A stretch of DNA of 64,000 bases from Macrostomum hystrix (taxonomy: Eukaryota; Animalia; Platyhelminthes), in assembly GCA_950097015.1 (NCBI GenBank), contig CATNEN010000002.1:3658001-3722000 (forward strand). The letters run 5' to 3'. Positions within the stretch are counted from its first letter, which is position 1; every line of letters starts with the position of its first letter. The notes beneath the pieces are model-generated. The model worked only from the letters and a program-made list of their open reading frames with translations, did no database searches and was not told where the DNA came from. Position numbers and translations under genes: made by a program. Shown here piece by piece: positions 60,213-64,000 of this stretch.

Positions 60213-60654
60213 AAATGAGACTAATGGGATAAATTGAACTGAAATAAAACCATAAGAAATCATAACAAAGACTATGAATTTCCCACGCTGGTCCTAGAGT
60301 CTAGGTCACGTGTGACCATTACAAAGACCCTAAATAAAAGCAATAGAGAAATTACGCGACACAAATTCGAACTAGAAAACCCAAAACCACGGAAAAATAA
60401 TAAGCATCAATTCGTGAGCAGGCAACCAGACAATGAGAGAGACAATTTAAACCGCAGAGCTGATTTGTCAATTGAGCTTTTCAGTCAGCTGTTGGTGTTT
60501 TGTTGAAAAAAAATAAACACATAATTATTAGGTGCGAACTTCTCAAACTTGTCAGTTATTCAAAATAATTCGAGTTCTAATTAGCATAGAATCCAATCCA
60601 GTTCTATATCTCGAATCTCCAGTTCTATATCCGCTACCGTCTCTGTATTGATCG

Positions 60655-63107
60655 TCAACCGGTTGAAGCTGCCTGCTGACCCTCTGATTCGCTGTTGGTT
60701 CTCGAGCCGGCACCGGTTGACGCGGTGGAGTTGCCGGATCGTTTGCGAATGTAGAAGCCGTGCGGCGGAATGAACTGAGCGGGACAACAGTTAGGGATTT
60801 GAAAAGTTTGAGCATCGAACTCACGATTTGAAAGTCGGAGGTTCGATTCACGACGTAATCAAATGGAACAATTTGTGTCAGCTGTTGAATGGGCACCAGA
60901 ATAGGCTGCGGCAATTGAGGGTGGGTATGGGGTTCCCCCCCAGTCCATGGACTGAACAGCTGTATGTAGCCTTCAGGTGCGCCACCTCACGCAATAGCTG
61001 CGGCTGTGCTGTTGATAGCATGAATTGAAGGTCGGAGGTTCGATTCCCGACTCGACTGGAACAATTTGTGTACTTTAGCAAGACACTTAACTCTGCATTG
61101 CTTCAGTTCACCCAGCTGTTAAATGGGTACCAGCTTTAGCTGGGATAATTGAAGGTGGGTGTGACGTCCCCCCAGTCCATGGACTGAACAGCTGTACGCA
61201 GCCTTCAGATGCGCCGCGCAATAGCTGCGGCTGTGCTGTCGGCTGCACATCTGGCCCAATCGGCGCAGTTGTAATCAATTATTATAAATTATTATTAACT
61301 ACTTGTACTTTTAGTTAAGTGAACTTCATTCGCCTATTTTTTGGAGCGTTAGCAGTAGGTCTACAAAGCCATTTTGCCGCCCGTTTTTTATACCAAGGGG
61401 GGAATCCCCCTTTGACAATTATCAGTGTAAAGTTTGAAGGCCTGACAAGGCCGTACTGAGGCGCTGTGCTAATTCGTGTATAGGGGTGTATGGAATACAC
61501 TGGCCTAATGGGAAAATCTGATCTTCGGCCAGAACTGTTGAATATCTCGACGGTCTGAAGGGCTGGCGACTTGTTGCTTGTTTCAGAAGATGCGCAACAG
61601 GCCCGTGTTTTCGGGTGCAGCAAATATAATAATTGTCAGGGGGAGGGCAATTGGTAGCTCTACAATTGAATTTTTCTGACGCCAATAGGTCAGGAGTTCA
61701 CATCCCAGCCAAAATCTCAGCAACAAATAACTGGGTTACCCAGTTAAAACAGTGGACAGAAATAGAAAACTAACATTCTCCTTGCATCGGAAGTCTTCAA
61801 CCTTGGAGTACTTGACTAGGGCAGCCTTCAGAGCCGGGTCAATGTCCACACTGGCCGGGTCGATGGTTGAATAGGCGAACAATGCCCAGAACTTCTCCAA
61901 GCCGTACAGCTGGCCGGACTGATAGTCGCGAAGGGTGGCCTCGTTGAAATCTCTGAACAGGTCCTTGCGAAACCGGCGCTCAAGGCCGTAGCTGTAGAAC
62001 CGGAACAGGCACTCCAGGCCGTATCTGCGGTGTGGGGTTGGCACTTTAGCGGCTAGTTCCTTTGATGTTTTCTATTGATCAACTGCGGCTAGTTCCTTTG
62101 ATAGATTATATTAATTAACTGCGGCTAGTTCCTTTTATATATTCTATTAATTGACTGCGGCTAATTCCTTTGATGTTTTCTGTAGATCAACTGCGGCTAG
62201 TTCCTTTGATGTTCTCTATTAATCAACTGCGGCTAGTTCCTTTTATATATTCTATTAATTGACTGCGGCTAATTCCTTTGATGTTTTCTGTAGATCAACT
62301 GCGGCTAGTTCCTTTGATAGATTCTATTAATTAACTGCGGCTAGTCCCTTTTATATATTCTATTATTTGACTGCGGCTAATTCCTTTGATGTTTTCTGTA
62401 GATCAACTGCGGCTAGTTCCTTTGATGTTCTCTATTAATCAACTGCGGCTAGTTCCTTTTATATATTCTATTAATTAACTGCGGCTAATTCCTTTGATGT
62501 TTTTTGATAGACTGCGGCTGGCTCTATTGATCTAGTGGCTAGCTGCAGCTATTAAATTTATTTAGTTAAAAAAACTGAAATAGACTGCTCAAAACACACG
62601 CAGCTCACCTGTGACCATTAGCCGCATCCTCATTGGCCAGCTGTTTAAACTCGTTGTACATCTTCCAATTGAAATTGTCGCGCAAAAAGAATGACCAGAA
62701 CCGGTACAGAGTGTTCATTTCCTGCGACTGGCCGGGACCTTGAATTTCTCGATCTAAAAAATCAGTTTTTATGCTTGTTTATTTACTCTACTGGTAGTAG
62801 TTTAAATAGAAAAGAAATAGCAAAAAGTAAGAAATTGACACCTACCGCGCAGACAACGCCGGTGATAATGATTATAATCAACAAAATTGAATCCGTGTTC
62901 TTGCAGCAGGGTGTAGGACGGATGAGTATAGTTGGACTGCGGCTGCTGCTGTTGCTGCTGAGCAGGCTGCAGAACTGGCAGATTTCCCGGCAGAAAGTCG
63001 CCCAAGCAGAAGCTGCTGCTGGTGCTGGATGTTCGCGATCTAGACCGAATGCGGTGCTCTCTGACGTCGAACATGTAGCCGATGCTTTGCTCTTCCGGAC
63101 GCTGCGA

Positions 63108-63139
<32 letters not shown>

Positions 63140-63835
63140 GCATCTTGACAGCAACCGAAGTGTAGGCCGGGTAGAACCGACCCTTGCCAGCTAGCGACGA
63201 AGACGACGGCGGTGGCGGCGGTGGTGGAGGCGGCGGCGCCTTCTGATCTTCGGACTGCGGCTGCTGACTATCAGAGCTCCGTCGAGCCCTCAGAGTCTCC
63301 TCTGAGACCAGCTGCACCTGCTGCATACCCGACACTGCGGCCTCCTCGTCCAGCTGCTGCTGGCGCCAGATCGCGGCCTCGTACTCGGCCAGACCGTCGC
63401 CGATCTGCCTGGCCAGCTCCTGGGTCATCCGGCCGGGCCGGTGCTGGCTGTGGTGCGGCCTATCGCCTCCGGGATGCTTGGCCAAGGTGCGCAGAGACAC
63501 ACCTGCTGGGGCCACCACGATCAGCCTGTTGATATCCGCCTCGGACAGGTCGTCTTCTGTTGTTGAAATGGCTCGGACCCTGGTACGCCTGGCGCCTCCA
63601 TGATGCTGCAGATGCTGCTGGCTGGAAGCGGAGGCGGCTCCCGCGTGCTCACTGGCAAACTCAAAGTCCAGCTCGTCGTCGGCAGGTGGCGGCTGAGCAG
63701 CTCCTTGAGCAGTCGATGAGTTTGCTGAGGCTGATACCGACGGAGCGGCGCCAGCTGCCGCCGCCGGAGAGTCGCTGATGGAGTTCGAGCTGTTGCGAGA
63801 CGTTCTTGGCCGGCGGAACACTTCGTGCCAGCGGT
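60655..63835 (-). CDS. LARP1: La-related protein 1, 3' portion with the DM15 domain; 5' end lies beyond the window
   Basis: Exons 63835-62846, 62753-62609, 62024-61775 and probably 60774-60655. [12 protein letters not shown]...YHRRCL...[19 protein letters not shown]...[15 protein letters not shown]...[10 protein letters not shown]. The last exon is less certain. Confidence 0.93.
60795..61295 (+). mobile_element. Two tandem SINE family 2 copies; the first has lost most of the CORE-like segment
   Basis: B boxes GGTTCGATTC at about 60840 and 61037. CORE-like segment at 61067-61127. AT-rich ATT tail at about 61280. Confidence 0.82.
62048..62522. repeat. 36-bp minisatellite, LARP1 intron
   Basis: ACTGCGGCTAGTTCCTTTGATGTTCTCTATTAATCA; period 36, with a 3-unit higher-order pattern. 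Confidence 0.9.
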
Positions 63836-64000
63836 CTGCGAAAAAAGTGAGGCGGACTAATTAAGGCCGCTGACATTAATTCTAATTAAAGCGGGTGTCG
63901 ATTTACAGTGCAACGTGTTCTAATAATTACTTTGTAGGTTCAGCTATACAGATGGACAGATATACATGTGCTAGGGTTATAAAGAATAACTGTGGATTGG

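Noticed and set aside
61315-61685. Alternative LARP1 terminal exon
   Set aside because: No convincing phase-0 acceptor giving a LARP1-like tail; 60774-60655 has a CTAAC branch site, a clean acceptor and the right phase.

Overview
Eukaryotic (metazoan) genomic DNA with GT-AG introns. GC-rich exons with poly-Q/poly-A tracts and a different mini- or microsatellite in many introns suggest a flatworm such as Macrostomum; this is inference from genome style, not a database match. I reconstructed 11 gene models by hand with consistent exon phases. Ten are on the minus strand: two orphan-like genes, a PreY/PYURF (Trm112-like) gene, an ACP5/TRAP-type purple acid phosphatase, DRG2, NDUFB5, two tandem VGLUT/SLC17 paralogues, RBM24/38 (sup-12-like) and the 3' part of LARP1. 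One is on the plus strand: a GT31 beta-1,3-glycosyltransferase-like gene lacking the DxD motif. Mobile elements are a young full-length Ty3/Gypsy-type LTR retrotransposon, a 5'-truncated RNase H-bearing LINE, a hAT/Charlie MITE carrying a minisatellite, and two tRNA-derived SINE families, one with a CORE-like domain. The best leads are: (1) the PreY gene has no genomic ATG, but its first splice acceptor is in frame for a flatworm spliced-leader AUG; (2) the LTR element has no TGG-type primer-binding site, and the 12 nt next to the LTR look complementary to a tRNA 5' end; (3) two exons are bracketed by oppositely oriented copies of the same minisatellite. Repeat and SINE boundaries are approximate.
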